Shown in pieces: positions 1-12,253 of a stretch of DNA of 64,000 nucleotides (its first letter is position 1; every line of letters begins with the position of its first letter). Made by a program: the position numbers and the translations under genes. A model generated the notes under the pieces. The model ran no database searches. It was not told where the DNA came from and was given only the letters and a program-made list of their open reading frames with translations. This DNA is from an uncultured delta proteobacterium (GTDB taxonomy: Bacteria; Desulfobacterota; Binatia; UBA9968), in the NCBI GenBank assembly GCA_963745035.1, contig CAVUVW010000013.1, positions 416,001 to 480,000 on the forward strand, written 5' to 3'.

Positions 1-116
1 CTGCCTTATCCGCGCTAATCAAAATTCCCTGATCGTCATTTTATTGCTCCGCCGTTCGTATCGACACCTGCCGGTTTATGTTAGCGTGAAACTAACTATC
101 GGAAGGCGGACGCGCC

Positions 117-2183
117 ATGGAACACAAGCACACCAACCGGCTGAGCCGCGAGACCAGTCCCTATTTGCTGCAGCATGCCCATAACCCCGTCGACTGGTAT
201 CCGTGGAGCGAAGAAGCTTTCGCGAAGGCCCAGCAGGAAAACAAACCGATTCTTCTGAGCATCGGCTACTCGGCCTGCCACTGGTGTCATGTGATGGAGC
301 ATGAGTCGTTCGAGAACGAAAAAATCGCCGCGCTCATGAACGAGCTCTTCGTCAATATCAAAGTCGATCGCGAAGAGCGTCCCGATCTGGATGAAATCTA
401 TATGAACGCCGTGCAGATGCTTACGGGCCGGGGCGGTTGGCCGATGACGATGTTTCTCACCCCCGATCGTAAACCCTTTTACGGCGGCACCTATTTTCCG
501 CCGGAAGACCGCCAAGGGATGCCGGGTTTTCCGCGTGTTCTGATGGGCGTTTCCCAGGCCTACCGCGACCGCCCCGAGGACGTCGAGAAAAGCGTTACCC
601 AGATCTTGGCGGCCTTGCAGCGCATGTCGGAATCACAGGAAACGACGAAGGACTTTTCCAAGTCGATCATCGCCGAGGGCGCTGATAAGGTCGCCCGCGC
701 TTACGACGCCGATAACGGCGGTCTGGGACAGGCGCCCAAATTTCCCAACCCCGGCGTTTACGAGCTCTTTCTACGCCATTATTCGCGCTCCAAAGATGCG
801 CGCTTTTTGGAAATGGTCGTTCATACGCTCACGAAAATGGCCCAAGGCGGAATATACGATCATCTGGGCGGGGGGTTTCATCGCTATTCAGTCGATGCCA
901 AATGGCTCGTTCCCCATTTCGAGAAAATGCTCTACGACAACGCCCAACTCGTGCGTATTTACGCTCACGCCTATACGATCACTCGTGAACCGCTCTTCAA
1001 ATCGGTCGTCGATGAAACGGTAGCTTATCTGCTGCGCGAAATGCTTCACCGTGAAGGCGGCTTTTATTCCACTCAAGATGCCGACAGCGAAGGCGAAGAA
1101 GGAAAGTTTTTCGTCTGGACGGAAGATGAAGTTAAGCGGGTGCTCGGTGAAGCAGACGCCGAGATTTTTTGCCGCGTGTACGACGTGGGCGAGCCGGGAA
1201 ATTTCGAAGGTAAGAGCATTCTCCATCCCATTCTCACCGTCGAGCAGGCCAGCAAGCTGTTTCGCAGGGACCCGGCAGAAATCGAAGCGCTTGTTGCTAA
1301 TGCCAAGCGCAAACTCTTCGGAGAGAGAGAAAAGCGCATCAAGCCGTTCCGCGATGAAAAAATTATCACTGCATGGAATGGGCTGATGCTCTCGGGGCTC
1401 GCCGAAGCGATCAAGGTCTCGAACAGTCCTGGGGCGATCGACGCAGCAAAACAGACTGTCGACTTTATTTTCGCGAAAATGTTCCGGGACGGGTTCTTGT
1501 TCCACACCTACAAAGACGGGCAAGCCAAATTTTTCGGCTATCTCGACGATTATTCGTTTCTTGCCATTGGGCTTCTAGATCTCTACGAAGCTGTATTCGA
1601 TCGGGACTATTTGGATCGAGCGGTCCAGCTTGCGGACGTTATGCTCAGCGAGTTTTGGGACGAGCGCGGCGGCGGCTTTTTCTTCACGGGGAAGTCGCAC
1701 GAGCAACTGATTAGCCGCGCCAAGCCCATTTTTGACGCGTCGGTTCCATCTGGGAACGCGATGGCAACCCAGCTCCTGCTTCGTCTGCATCACTTCACCG
1801 GCAAGGAAGTCTATCGTGCCCGCGCCGAGAAAGTTCTGCGATCGTACTATGACGCAATGGAAAGCCAGCCTTTTGGCTTTGCCCACATGCTTTGCGCCGT
1901 GGATTTCTATATTACAGGAGCACAAGAGATCGTGATCGTCGGCAATGCGCCCGAAACGGCTGCGCAGGAATTGATTACGGCAATCCATTCGCTCTATCTA
2001 CCCAACAAAGTCATCCAATTCGCCGCACCGGGTAGTTCCCTCGCTCAAATTTCGCCGCTGCTCGAAAGGAAAACCCAAATCGACGGCAAACCCACTGTTT
2101 ACGTGTGCAGAAATTTCACCTGCTCGGCGCCGGTAACGAACGCCAGTGAAGTGAAGGCCTTGCTGGAAAGTAACGCCTCTTGA
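117..2183 (+). CDS. Thioredoxin domain-containing protein (YyaL/SPATA20, DUF255 family)
   Basis: 688-aa ORF; N-terminal [26 protein letters not shown] thioredoxin motif, [25 protein letters not shown]. Confidence 0.93.
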   Translation: MEHKHTNRLSRETSPYLLQHAHNPVDWYPWSEEAFAKAQQENKPILLSIGYSACHWCHVMEHESFENEKIAALMNELFVNIKVDREERPDLDEIYMNAVQMLTGRGGWPMTMFLTPDRKPFYGGTYFPPEDRQGMPGFPRVLMGVSQAYRDRPEDVEKSVTQILAALQRMSESQETTKDFSKSIIAEGADKVARAYDADNGGLGQAPKFPNPGVYELFLRHYSRSKDARFLEMVVHTLTKMAQGGIYDHLGGGFHRYSVDAKWLVPHFEKMLYDNAQLVRIYAHAYTITREPLFKSVVDETVAYLLREMLHREGGFYSTQDADSEGEEGKFFVWTEDEVKRVLGEADAEIFCRVYDVGEPGNFEGKSILHPILTVEQASKLFRRDPAEIEALVANAKRKLFGEREKRIKPFRDEKIITAWNGLMLSGLAEAIKVSNSPGAIDAAKQTVDFIFAKMFRDGFLFHTYKDGQAKFFGYLDDYSFLAIGLLDLYEAVFDRDYLDRAVQLADVMLSEFWDERGGGFFFTGKSHEQLISRAKPIFDASVPSGNAMATQLLLRLHHFTGKEVYRARAEKVLRSYYDAMESQPFGFAHMLCAVDFYITGAQEIVIVGNAPETAAQELITAIHSLYLPNKVIQFAAPGSSLAQISPLLERKTQIDGKPTVYVCRNFTCSAPVTNASEVKALLESNAS

Positions 2184-2231
2184 AGTGACTGCAGAACAAT
2201 CAGTCTGCTATGGAGTTTTCTCTGCAGCCTG

Positions 2232-3113
2232 CTAAGCACTCATCGGCGTCTTGGTGATGGTTTGAATAATCCGCTCTAGGTCGGCCAAGGCGTAATATTC
2301 GATTTCTATCTTGCCCTTACTTGAGCGCGCCTTCGGGATAAGGCGAACACGTGTTCCTAAAGCGCGCTGCAAATTTTCAACAATAGACTTCAAATCAGGA
2401 TCGATCACGGGCACGCCGCGGCGGCGTTTTCGGCCCACGAGCAGGAGCCGAACCATCTTTTCGGTTTCGCGGGTGGAAAGACCCTTGGCGATTACCTCGC
2501 GGCAAGCGGAAACGATTAAGGCTTCGGTGTGCAGACCGAGCAACGCCCGGGCCTGTCCCGCAGGCAGATTTCCTGCTGTAACTTCCTGCTGCACTTCGGG
2601 GGGCAAAGCGAGCAGGCGGAGCGAGTTAGCGATTGCCGGCCGGCTCTTGCCGACTCGTTCCGCCATCTCTTCTTGGCTCCATTGAAACTCCTCCTGCAGG
2701 CGCCGATACCCGCTCGCTTCTTCGATGGCGTTTAGATCCTCGCGCTGGAGATTTTCGACCAAGGCAAGTTGCAAAGCCTCATGATCGCTCGCGGCGCGCA
2801 CCACGACCGGCACTCGGCTGAGCCCAGCCTTCATGGCGGCGCGCCAACGCCGCTCGCCTGCGATCAACTCAAAGCCGTCGTTCTTGGGTCGGACGACCAG
2901 CGGTTGAATAATGCCTTGATTGCGAATGGACGCGGCCAGCTCTTCGATCTTCGCTTCATCGAAGGTGCGGCGCGGCTGAAACGGGCTCGGCGTAATGCGG
3001 TCGACCGCCACTTCGAGGGTCGCCCGCTGATCGCGACTTTCGTCGCTGGCTTGCGCGGCGCTCGGAATGAGCGCGCTGAGACCTCTACCCAAGCCCTTTT
3101 TCTGCGTCGACAT
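2232..3113 (-). CDS. parB: Chromosome partitioning protein ParB/Spo0J
   Basis: [13 protein letters not shown]-terminal peptide, [19 protein letters not shown] CTPase motif, [11 protein letters not shown]; ATG at 3113 with GGAG RBS. Confidence 0.96.
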   Translation of the reverse strand: MSTQKKGLGRGLSALIPSAAQASDESRDQRATLEVAVDRITPSPFQPRRTFDEAKIEELAASIRNQGIIQPLVVRPKNDGFELIAGERRWRAAMKAGLSRVPVVVRAASDHEALQLALVENLQREDLNAIEEASGYRRLQEEFQWSQEEMAERVGKSRPAIANSLRLLALPPEVQQEVTAGNLPAGQARALLGLHTEALIVSACREVIAKGLSTRETEKMVRLLLVGRKRRRGVPVIDPDLKSIVENLQRALGTRVRLIPKARSSKGKIEIEYYALADLERIIQTITKTPMSA

Positions 3114-3876
3114 AGTGCTCTCCACGGCTAATCAACTCCTTTGCTAAGTCTCGATAATCTTGCGCCCCGGTAGAGGCGGCATCGTACAGACAAATCGGTT
3201 TGCCGTAGCTCGGGCTCTCGCTCAGGCGCACGTTGCGGCGAATGATCGTGCGAAACAGCTTGTCGGGAAAGTGCGCGCGAATGTCCTCGACCACTTGATG
3301 AGAGATCCGATTACGGCTGTCGAACATCGTGATCACGATCCCTTCGAGCTTGAGTGTGGAATTCATGCCCTGCTGTACCAGCCTCATCGTCTCCAAAATC
3401 GCGCTTAGCCCCTCGAGCGCGTAGTACTCGCTCTGGATCGGAATCAACAGCGAGTCGGCGGCCGTCAGAGCGTTGAGAGTGAGCAACCCCAGCGACGGCG
3501 GGCAATCGAGCAAGACATAGTCATAATGAGCGCCAACGCCCGCCAGCGCTTCTTTGAGGCGATATTCTCTCCGGTCGGCACTCACCAACTCGACTTCGAC
3601 GCCGACGAGATCTTTGCTCGCCGGGATCAACATCAACTGGGGCAGCTCCGTCTGACGAAGCACTTCACCGAGAAAGCGGGTACCGTCCAACACTTGGTAG
3701 AGGCTATCCGCCAATTGCCGCTCAACGCCCAATCCCGTCGTCGTGTTGCCCTGAGGATCGAGGTCCACGAGCAAAGTTCGTTTCGCTTCCGAGGCGAGCG
3801 AGGCTGCCAGATTGATCGCTGTCGTAGTCTTGCCAACACCACCCTTTTGGTTCGCAATCGCAATGGTCCTATGCAC
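3085..3876 (-). CDS. parA: Chromosome partitioning ATPase ParA/Soj
   Basis: [11 protein letters not shown] deviant Walker [25 protein letters not shown]; GTG start; overlaps parB. Confidence 0.96.
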   Translation of the reverse strand: MHRTIAIANQKGGVGKTTTAINLAASLASEAKRTLLVDLDPQGNTTTGLGVERQLADSLYQVLDGTRFLGEVLRQTELPQLMLIPASKDLVGVEVELVSADRREYRLKEALAGVGAHYDYVLLDCPPSLGLLTLNALTAADSLLIPIQSEYYALEGLSAILETMRLVQQGMNSTLKLEGIVITMFDSRNRISHQVVEDIRAHFPDKLFRTIIRRNVRLSESPSYGKPICLYDAASTGAQDYRDLAKELISRGEHYVDAEKGLG

Positions 3877-3890
3877 AAAAATCTCTGTAA

Positions 3891-3903
3891 AATCAGATAG
3901 TTA
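3891..3903 (+). promoter_or_regulatory. Candidate IHF-binding site upstream of parA
   Basis: AATCAGATAGTTA matches WATCARNNNNTTR in an AT-rich tract; short motif, could be chance. Confidence 0.3.
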
Positions 3904-3966
3904 TAAAGTTTAGGCCACTGCCGTAATAGATACCACAGTCGCAGCGGAATTGAAAGCAAAATAAAC

Positions 3967-3982
3967 CGTTTCACGTGAAACG
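3967..3982. promoter_or_regulatory. parS: parS centromere site
   Basis: Perfect palindrome CGTTTCACGTGAAACG matching the TGTTTCACGTGAAACA consensus, about 90 bp upstream of parA. Confidence 0.93.
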
Positions 3983-4079
3983 TGGTAGCCTAGGTGCGTG
4001 CTGCGATCGGAGATTGCCCGGACTTGGGGCCCGAGAGATCGCGCGTTCGATAGACGTAAGAACCCTAGAACCGAGCAGC

Positions 4080-5948
4080 TCAAGCGCTTTTTGCCTTGAT
4101 ATAAAACGAAAGGAGTGAAATGGCCGCCGGGGTGATTCCCGGGATACGCGCTGCTTGACCGAGCGAGCGCGGCTTGATCCTAGTCAGCTTCTCACAGACC
4201 TCACGGGAGAGTCCGCTGATGCGTGCGTAGTCGGTATTCTCCGGCAAACGTGCATGCTCCATCTTCTGGAAGCGTTCGACGATTTCCTGCTGTCGGGTTA
4301 CGTATCCCTGATATTTGATCTGGATTTCGACTTGAGCATCGACGTCCACCGGAAAACTCGGGATATCAGAGCGAAGGATTCTGAGTTGAGCGAGGGAGAG
4401 TTCCGGCCGTCGAAGTAGCTGTGCTAATGAGACTTGATTCCGCAGCGGCGCAGAGGGAAACGACTCGAGCAGCGAATTCGTTTCAGAGCTCGGCACAGCT
4501 TGGCTTCGCTCCAAATAGGAGGCTAACTCGAGAACAGCGCTCTGTTTGAGATCAACTCTCGCGAAGCTCTCATGACTAGCTAAACCGATCCTATGACCGA
4601 GCGAAGTCAGACGGAGATCGGCATTGTCTTCACGCAATAATAATCGGTATTCGGCTCGGGACGTGAACATGCGATAAGGCTCATCGTCGGTTCCTTTCGT
4701 GACCAAATCGTCGATCAACACACCGATATAAGCTTGCTCGCGCGACAATACCAAAGGTTCTTCGCCGCGCAGGCTAAGCACCGCATTGATTCCAGCTATA
4801 AGTCCCTGAGCCGCCGCTTCCTCGTAGCCCGTTGTGCCATTGATCTGACCGGCATGATAAAGACCGCGAACCGCCTTGGTCTCCAACGTCGGCTGAAGCT
4901 GGGTCGGCTCGAAAAAATCGTATTCGATGGCGTAGCCCGGCCGCATGATCTCCGCGGACTCGAGACCTTCGATCGAGCGCACCATTTCAATCTGCACGTC
5001 GAGAGGCAGACTCGTCGAGAGCCCGTTGGGATAGATCTCAACGGTGTCCAATCCCTCGGGCTCAAGAAATATCTGATGCCGCTCCTTGTCGGCGAAGCGA
5101 TGAATCTTGTCCTCAATGGAAGGACAATACCTTGGTCCGCGGCTCTTGATCACACCGGAATACATTGGCGAGCGATGGATGGCCTTCCGAATGATGTCAT
5201 GGGTCTTCTTGTTGGTATATGTAATATGGCAAGGAACCTGGCTCTGGGTAATCGTCGAGTTCGAAAACGAGAACGGCACCGGGCTTTCATCACCGGGCTG
5301 TTCGGTGAGCTTGGCGAAATCGATCGTGCGCGCATCGAGTCTTGGGCAGGTTCCGGTCTTGAGCCTGCCGACTTTGAACCCAAGCTTGACCAACGACTCG
5401 CTGAGACCATGGACGGCGAAATCCCCCGCACGGCCCGCAGAATAGTTCTTGTCGCCGATATGAATGAGCCCCTTCAGAAATGTTCCCGTCGTCAGAATCA
5501 CCCTACGACCAAAAAACTTTTCGCCGATCTGCGTCTCGACTCCCTTGACCTCGCCGTCCTCGACAACAAGGCTTTCAACGCTGCCTTGGCGCAGAGTCAG
5601 ACCAGCGGTATTTTCCAAAACGCGCTTCATCCGCTGACGATAAAGAGCCTTATCCGCCTGGGCTCGAGATGCACGCACCGCCGGCCCCTTCTTTGTGTTA
5701 AGGACGCGGAACTGAATTCCCGTGTCGTCGATTGCCCGACCCATCTCGCCGCCCAGCGCATCGATCTCCTTTACGAGATGCCCCTTGCCGATTCCGCCGA
5801 TCGCGGGGTTGCAGGACATTTGGCCGATGTGGTCTAGATTCAACGTCAACATCAACGTCGAACAGCCCATCCGGGCCGAGGCCAAACAAGCCTCGATACC
5901 GCCATGCCCAGCACCGACGACGATCACATCGAAAACTTTGTCGCTCAT
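4080..5948 (-). CDS. mnmG: tRNA U34 carboxymethylaminomethyl modification enzyme MnmG (GidA)
   Basis: [15 protein letters not shown] motif, [48 protein letters not shown]. Confidence 0.97.
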   Translation of the reverse strand: MSDKVFDVIVVGAGHGGIEACLASARMGCSTLMLTLNLDHIGQMSCNPAIGGIGKGHLVKEIDALGGEMGRAIDDTGIQFRVLNTKKGPAVRASRAQADKALYRQRMKRVLENTAGLTLRQGSVESLVVEDGEVKGVETQIGEKFFGRRVILTTGTFLKGLIHIGDKNYSAGRAGDFAVHGLSESLVKLGFKVGRLKTGTCPRLDARTIDFAKLTEQPGDESPVPFSFSNSTITQSQVPCHITYTNKKTHDIIRKAIHRSPMYSGVIKSRGPRYCPSIEDKIHRFADKERHQIFLEPEGLDTVEIYPNGLSTSLPLDVQIEMVRSIEGLESAEIMRPGYAIEYDFFEPTQLQPTLETKAVRGLYHAGQINGTTGYEEAAAQGLIAGINAVLSLRGEEPLVLSREQAYIGVLIDDLVTKGTDDEPYRMFTSRAEYRLLLREDNADLRLTSLGHRIGLASHESFARVDLKQSAVLELASYLERSQAVPSSETNSLLESFPSAPLRNQVSLAQLLRRPELSLAQLRILRSDIPSFPVDVDAQVEIQIKYQGYVTRQQEIVERFQKMEHARLPENTDYARISGLSREVCEKLTRIKPRSLGQAARIPGITPAAISLLSFYIKAKSA

Positions 5949-5964
5949 AGTTTCACGTGAAACA
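5949..5964. promoter_or_regulatory. parS: parS centromere site abutting the mnmG start codon
   Basis: AGTTTCACGTGAAACA, 15/16 match to consensus, immediately 5' of the mnmG ATG (5946-5948). Confidence 0.92.
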
Positions 5965-6021
5965 TTTCTGTTAAATCAATTTCAATTGCTTATTATTATA
6001 TGTATGATATTTATTATAAGA

Positions 6022-7399
6022 CTATTTTCCAATACAAAATTCTGCAAAAATACGTTCTAAAATATCATCGTTCTGAATTACTCCAGTGATTTCTTCGAGC
6101 GCAGCGCGGGCCTCGTTCAGATCCATCGCAACAAACTCAGGCGCATAGCCTTCCCCGAGCGAAGTCGCGGCGCGGCTTAGCGCAAACTGGCTTCGCTCAA
6201 GAGCGCTCCGATGTCGCAAATTGGTGATCACAACAGGCGTCTCCATTTCCGCATCTAGAGACGAGATCGCGCAAGCTTTGTTTGAGCGCAGCGATTCCTT
6301 CGCCGGTCTTTGCTGATACGGAGCGCACGTTGCGCCCGCCTACGAGCCGCCCAAGCTCGTTTACAGCGAGGCGCGTTGGCAAGTCCGCTTTGTTGATCAC
6401 GACAAGAATTTTTTTCGACGCCACCTGATCGAGTAACGACTTGTCATCCGTCGCCAGGGGCTGTGAGCCATCGAGAACCACGAGAACTGCATCGGCCTTG
6501 CTCACATGATGACGGCTGAGATCCACCCCGATACGCTCGATCTGATCCTCGCTCTCACGGATGCCGGCAGTATCCCAGAGCCGCGCAGGCAAACCATCGA
6601 GGCTGATCGCTTCTTCGATGACATCGCGGGTCGTCCCCGCTATCGGCGTTACGATCGCCCGGTCTTCGCCAAGCAAAGCATTCAGCAAACTCGATTTGCC
6701 GACGTTCGGGCGGCCGCAAATGCACACCGCAGCACCTTCCCGAAACAGCCTTCCCCAATCATAAGTATTTGAAATATCGTTAATTTTTCGGCTCAGGGCC
6801 GTGATCCTGTCGATCAGTTCGGAGCGCCGCAGGAGCTCGATTTCTTCTTCCGGAAAATCGATAGCCGCTTCGACCTGAACCAAAATGTCCAGAAGCCTTT
6901 CGCGCAACTCCACCACCCACTGCGACAGAACGCCATTGACTTGATCGAGCGCCATCCCCGCGCTCTTGTCAGTGCGCGCGCGGATGAGATCGAGCACCGC
7001 CTCAGCCTGAGCAAGATCCAGCCGTCCGTTGAGAAACGCGCGTTTGGTAAATTCCCCGGGCTCCGCTTGCCGAGCGCCCTGCCTGAGCGCGAGTCCCAAG
7101 ACCTCTCGCACAACATACGCGCCGCCATGGCAGTGAATCTCGACAACGTCCTCGCCGGTGTAGCTGCGCGGTTTGCGCATAATCGTCAGCAGCACTTCAT
7201 CGAGAATGCGTTCGTTTTGTGGATCGCGGATTTTGCCGTAGTGAAGGGTGTGCGACTTGAGCCTGCCGTTCTTACTACTAGGGCGAGTAAAGATCCGCTC
7301 CGCGATCGCTCCGGCATCAACGCCGCTGATCCGAATGATTGCGACACCGCCTTCGCCGGGCGGTGTTGCGATCGCTGCAATGGTATCTTCGCGGTACAT
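6022..7399 (-). CDS. mnmE: tRNA modification GTPase MnmE (TrmE); one apparent +1 frameshift near 6255
   Basis: DTIAAIATPPGEGGVAIIRISG, GRPNVGKSS, GTTRD, DTAG, NKAD in ORF 6197..7399; terminal IFAEFCIGK in ORF 6022..6246. Confidence 0.94.
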
Positions 7400-7482
7400 G
7401 GAAAAGCCGCATCATCTTAACAACTCCGCGGCTTTAGGCAACGCTCGCGAAAATGAACGCAGAACCGGATGAAGACGAGTGG

Positions 7483-8466
7483 CTAGTTACCGTACAACTT
7501 CTTCACGAAGCCGCTGTCTTCGATTTCTTTCAAGATCGAAGCATCGATAAAATCCTGCGGCTTCAAACCCTTGGCTTCCGGCCGGGTCTTGGCGAGATGA
7601 TCGATTATGGTTTGAATGCCGGGTGCGGTCGGATAGGGCACCGCCGGTATGAGTCTCTGAGCATAGTCGTCGTAGGTATCGTTCATCAGCGATACATCGC
7701 TCATGCGCGCGTATTTCTTGAGGGTATTGAGCGCAAGTTCTTTCTTCGTCTTGAACGCGTGAATCGCTTCGACGTATGCTCTCATAAATCGCACGACGAT
7801 CTCGCGCCGGTCGCGAATGTAGCTTTTCCGTGTACCGATACCGTGTAGTGTGTAAGGAGCATTCAACCGGCTGAGATCGGCGACAACGCTGAATCCCTCG
7901 CGCTGTGCGATCGTAGTGAACGGCTCCGAGATGGTCGCGGCATCCACCCCCTTGTTCTGCAGCGCCATCAAAGCTTCGCCCTCGCCGCCGACCTGGAGGA
8001 TGCCCACATCCTTATCCGGCACCAGCCCCCAACGGTCGAGAGCGTAACGCAGAGAGAAATCGCTGGCGCCGCCTAAACGCGAAATAGAGACACGTTTCCC
8101 CTTGAGCTGGCTCGGATCTTTGATACCCGGCTGGCCGATAATCTTGAAAACGAACGTGCTGATCGTCGAGGTGATCCCGACGAAATCGCCGCCTGCCATA
8201 TTGGCATTGATATTAGCCACTCCCCCGCTCGTCATGAACTGAATTTCGCCGGCCAGCGCCGCTTGAACCGCCCGCGAGCTAACCGGAATCATTAGGACTT
8301 CCGCGTCGAGACCATGTTTTCGCGGCAGATCCAAATCTTTCATCATGTAGACCGGCGTCATTTGAATGTTGATCGAGGTGTAGCCCATGCGGACTTTTGG
8401 CAACCCTTGCGCGCACACAAAAGAAGGCCAACCAAGAACTAATACCAAAAAGAAAAGTCTCTTCAT
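7483..8466 (-). CDS. ABC transporter substrate-binding protein (NMT1/SsuA-like), orphan
   Basis: Signal peptide, KHGLDAEV, LKGKRVSISRLGGASD, FIDASILKEIEDSGFVKKLY. Confidence 0.85.
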   Translation of the reverse strand: MKRLFFLVLVLGWPSFVCAQGLPKVRMGYTSINIQMTPVYMMKDLDLPRKHGLDAEVLMIPVSSRAVQAALAGEIQFMTSGGVANINANMAGGDFVGITSTISTFVFKIIGQPGIKDPSQLKGKRVSISRLGGASDFSLRYALDRWGLVPDKDVGILQVGGEGEALMALQNKGVDAATISEPFTTIAQREGFSVVADLSRLNAPYTLHGIGTRKSYIRDRREIVVRFMRAYVEAIHAFKTKKELALNTLKKYARMSDVSLMNDTYDDYAQRLIPAVPYPTAPGIQTIIDHLAKTRPEAKGLKPQDFIDASILKEIEDSGFVKKLYGN

Positions 8467-8600
8467 GACTGTGTCTCCCAATATCAGAACGCCAAAGCGT
8501 CCACTTGCTGGCGCTCCGTTTCATAACACAGGATGGTCTTCTGAGGGAACTTAGTCACCATGTTGTGTCGTGAGGAACGCCGGAGATTATTGCGCCAAAT

Positions 8601-8639
8601 AAAAAAGCCACGTCCGGTGCGACCCGAACGTGGCTTTTT
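8601..8639. terminator. Bidirectional intrinsic terminator
   Basis: AAAAAAGCCACGT..ACGTGGCTTTTT hairpin with A and T tails, just past the stop at 8656. Confidence 0.8.
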
Positions 8640-8655
8640 AGCAGGAAAGAAGACC

Positions 8656-10319
8656 TTACCTTCTGACCATCGTCAACGTCGCGCTCTTCGTGACGCCGCC
8701 GCACGACGCGCTGATGGTCGCATTGATCTTCTTGTTGGTCGCCGTCGTAGGAATGTTGAAAGCCACCGAGCTCGCGCCCGCCGGAACCGTCACGCTGGCC
8801 GCAACAATGGCTTTCGTCGGCTTCGTGCTCGAAAGAGTAACGAGCACGGGACTCGACGTTATTTTGTTGAGAGCGACCGTCCCAACTGAAGTCGTCCCGC
8901 CGACCACGGTCTTAGGATTCAACGTTAGAGAAGAGAGCACAGCAGGTGCAATGGGCGCAGGAGCAGTGACCGTCACTGTTACCGACTTGGTTACACCGGC
9001 ATAGGTGGCGGTAATGTTGCCGGCCGTCGTAGAACTCACAGCGGAGGTAGTTACAGTAAAGTTTGCCGCCGACGCAGCCTCGGGAATAGTAACGGAATTC
9101 GGTACCGCCGCTGCGGGATTGGCGCTCGCTAAACTTACCACCGCACCACCCGTCGGCGCTGAACCCGAGAGAGTCACTGTCCCGGTTGTTGATTGACCCC
9201 CGGCAACGCTTGACGGGCTGACACTTACCGACGTTAACGCTGCGGCAGGGGCAGTCGAAGGATTGTAGCCGAGTTGGATGACTTCGAAGTCGCTTGCCGT
9301 AAGATTTCTAAAGGCCGGATTCAGAATATCATTGTTCCAGCGCGTGTCGTGGGTGCCGCGTAATGTACATGTCCGAGCCATTGTCCGCCACGATCAAGCC
9401 GTACGCTCTGCATCGCGCGAAAGATTTTTTGCATGTTTGGATCGCTGGTTCGCTGCGTCACATCGACGCTTGCCTTCAGGCGCAAGCGCGCGCCCATGGG
9501 CAGTGCGCCCGATGTCGAACCGGCCCGATGCGAAGCCGGATAGACGTAACCATTGGTCGCCCGCACCGTCACCCGAAAAGCATGGCGAATCTCTGTCACG
9601 TTCGGATCGTAGACTTCCTCGTAGCGAACCAGGCCGGGGAGAATTGCCAGTCCGGCGGCGTCCGCGGACGTCCAGGTATCCGGCCGGCGATTGTTGGTGT
9701 TCATGTCGAAGAACGCGCCCGAGCCGGCGTACCATTTTCCTAGAGTGGAATTGTAGTAGACATTGTAAAGCTCGTAGAGATGATTGCGATCCTTATCGAC
9801 GATCAGCAGGTGGCGGTCCTGGCTGCTGCGCAGATCGACGTTGCCCGGATCGCCGCCCTCGACCCATGACGGCTGAGTGATCGCTTCCGGCGGAATCGGG
9901 TAAAACGGAAAACTCGTGTTGGTCGCGTGATCGACGCCGTCACTCTCTCTCGAATATTGAAACTGCACCGCCTTGAGATCCGCATTGGTGACATTGGTCA
10001 CGGTAGCGTACGGCATGCCGTAGATCGCATTTCCGGTGCCCGCGTTGCCGCCGAAGTCGGGATGCAATCGCCGTGTGCCGCCGTTGTTGATGAAGGAAAT
10101 GAAACTCGCTGAATTCGCGTCCACCGGCCAGTTGCTGATATCCAAGTTCCACCAGTTGTCCGGCGGAAAGAGCGGCAGCGGCTGTGGCAAGGCGCCGCCA
10201 CGCGCGGAATCCATCGCCAACGCCGGAACCGTCGAGCCGGCCAGGAAGGTCACCACCGTCAGCAGCGCCACCATGGATTGCCACTTGCGCGACAAAAAAC
10301 GAAACAGAAGTCTTTTCAC
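8656..10319 (-). CDS. Secreted protein: uncharacterised N-terminal domain plus two tandem Ig-like repeats; two apparent +1 frameshifts near 9404 and 9358
   Basis: Signal peptide (..PALA); joined reading gives RAMQ.YGLIVADNGSDMYITGTHDTRWNND; C-terminal repeats LTSVSVSPSSVAGGQSTTGTVTL and LSSLTLNPKTVVGGTTSVGTVAL. Confidence 0.75.
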
Positions 10320-10517
10320 GCCAGCCTCCTCGAAGCAAAAATTGTCTCCGGGATCGGCGCAAGCGACATGCCACTACGAGGTACGACACACCCTCGCGCA
10401 AACGCTACCAATTATTCCTTAAAGACAACGACAATCGACACCGTCCGACAAGAGCGAGCGGACAGTTTTGCAATCGATGTTGTTGGGCGGGATCGGATCA
10501 GAAACTAGACAAGCTTG

Positions 10518-11675
10518 TCAGGCGGCGCCTAAGGTTTTCTGGCGGATGGCCATTTCTTCGACTCCGGAAAACGCGAACCGGTGGAGCGCTTCTTGATCGA
10601 GCTCGACGCCGAGACCCGGTCGCTCTGGTGGGATGAGATAGCCGCTTCTCGACTTTGAACGGCTCGCGCAATAACTCCTCGCGCAGCGGATTATAGGTGT
10701 AGTCGAGCTCCATGACGATGCAATCCTTCAGCGCCGCAGCGAGATGCACACTTGCGGCCAGCGCCACGCCGTCGCCCCAGGTGTGAAACGAAACTGGAAT
10801 CTTGTGCCGTGCCGCGAGCTCGGTGATGCGCACGGATCTCGGTGATACCGCCCGCGCGGGCGACGTCCGGCTGAATGAAATCCACCGCGCCGCGGAGAAT
10901 GAAATTTTCGAAGGCATAGTAGGTATGCAAATTCTCGCCGACGGCGATCGGCACTTTGGTCTTCTCGCGCAGCGCTGCATGTCCTGCGATATCTTCGACG
11001 AAGAGCGGCTCTTCGAGCCAGAACGCGCCGCAATCGGCAAACGCCGCCGCCGCTTCGAGTCCCACGTCCAGCGTATAACCCTGGTTCGCGTCAGTCATGA
11101 CGACGAAGTCTTTGCCGAGCTCGGCGCGTACCGCGCGCACGATGCGAATATCTTGCTCGAGGTCGAAGCCGACCTTGATCTTGACGCCGTGGAAGCCCTG
11201 GTCGGCAAACGCGCGCGCCCGCGCGGCAACTTTCGTCGGTTCTTCAGGATAAAGAGCCGTGGCATAGACAGGAACTTTGTCCCGGCACTTGCCTCCCAAG
11301 AGCTGATAAACCGGAACACCGCGCACTTTGCCGAGAATATCCCACAGCGCGACATCGATGCCGCTCAGCGCCACGACGCCGATGCCGCGCGTGCCGAACT
11401 CTTTGTGCCCGCCGCGCACGTAGGCCGTATCCCAGATGGCGCCGATGTCTGTGGGGTCCATGCCGAGCGAGCAACGGCTTTAGAATTTTACTGACGATGA
11501 CCTCGATCAGCTCGCCGTTGCCGGAGCAAGAGCCGATGCCGGAGACGCCCTCATTCGTTTCGACCTGGACGAGAGTAGCCGAGCGCGTATTTCTCACGCC
11601 CGAGCGGCTGAAAACCTGACCTTCGGCGGGAATGCTCGCGCGTAGGCGAATCGTCCTGATGTCGGTGATTTTCAC
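10518..11675 (-). CDS. Mandelate racemase/muconate lactonizing enzyme family; three apparent +1 frameshifts (about 11470, 10830, 10645)
   Basis: MKITDIRT, ALSGIDVALWDILGK, KIKVG, DANQGY, WLEEP, GEN, QPDVARAGG, PERPGLGVELD reconstructed across three ORFs. Confidence 0.88.
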
Positions 11676-11680
11676 GGCTG

Positions 11681-12115
11681 CTATTTCATTTCCCAGAATT
11701 GCCCATCGACGACTTGGCCGTCCACGACTACAAAATCGACTTCTTCATCGGTTCTCTTGTTGCCTTCCGAGTCGACGCGCAAAACTTTCGGCTTGTTGCC
11801 TTTCTTGGCGCTCACCCGAAACAGCGCAAGCGGTTTATCGCCCGTGCTCTGAAAATAGTAGTAATGGTTCTCCGGCAGCATGATACCTTCGCCTTTGTTG
11901 AGCACCGTCGGCTGATGGTCTTTGTTATAGAAAGTCGCCTGGCCGTCCATCACGACAAACGTATGATCTTCGCCTGGATGGGTGTGTAGCTTATTTTTCC
12001 GTCCAGGGATGTAATAGTTGAGCCCGATCGTCATGTGCTCGGTCTTCGCCAGCGGGATATGGCTTCGCCCCCCGTCGATATGCGGCGTTTTCAGTTTGAA
12101 TGTGGAAGCTTCCAT
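11681..12115 (-). CDS. Cupin domain protein
   Basis: LHTHPGEDHTFVVMDGQATF cupin motif 1; 5 bp from the enolase-superfamily gene. Confidence 0.82.
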   Translation of the reverse strand: MEASTFKLKTPHIDGGRSHIPLAKTEHMTIGLNYYIPGRKNKLHTHPGEDHTFVVMDGQATFYNKDHQPTVLNKGEGIMLPENHYYYFQSTGDKPLALFRVSAKKGNKPKVLRVDSEGNKRTDEEVDFVVVDGQVVDGQFWEMK

Positions 12116-12204
12116 GGTCGTTCCTCCTTTTGCTCTCGTATATCGCAGCCCGGGAAACTTGAAAAGGGCCGGACGGTTGGTCTATTTTGCTCTGATCCGA
12201 CGCA

Positions 12205-12237
12205 TTGAACTGCTTGAACGTCTTAAACGATTTGAAC
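12205..12237. repeat. Four 9-bp-period TTRAAC tandem repeats
   Basis: TTGAAC/TTAAAC at 12205, 12214, 12223, 12232, directly before the RBS of the LLM gene. Confidence 0.75.
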
Positions 12238-12253
12238 AGGTTAAGGAGACATC

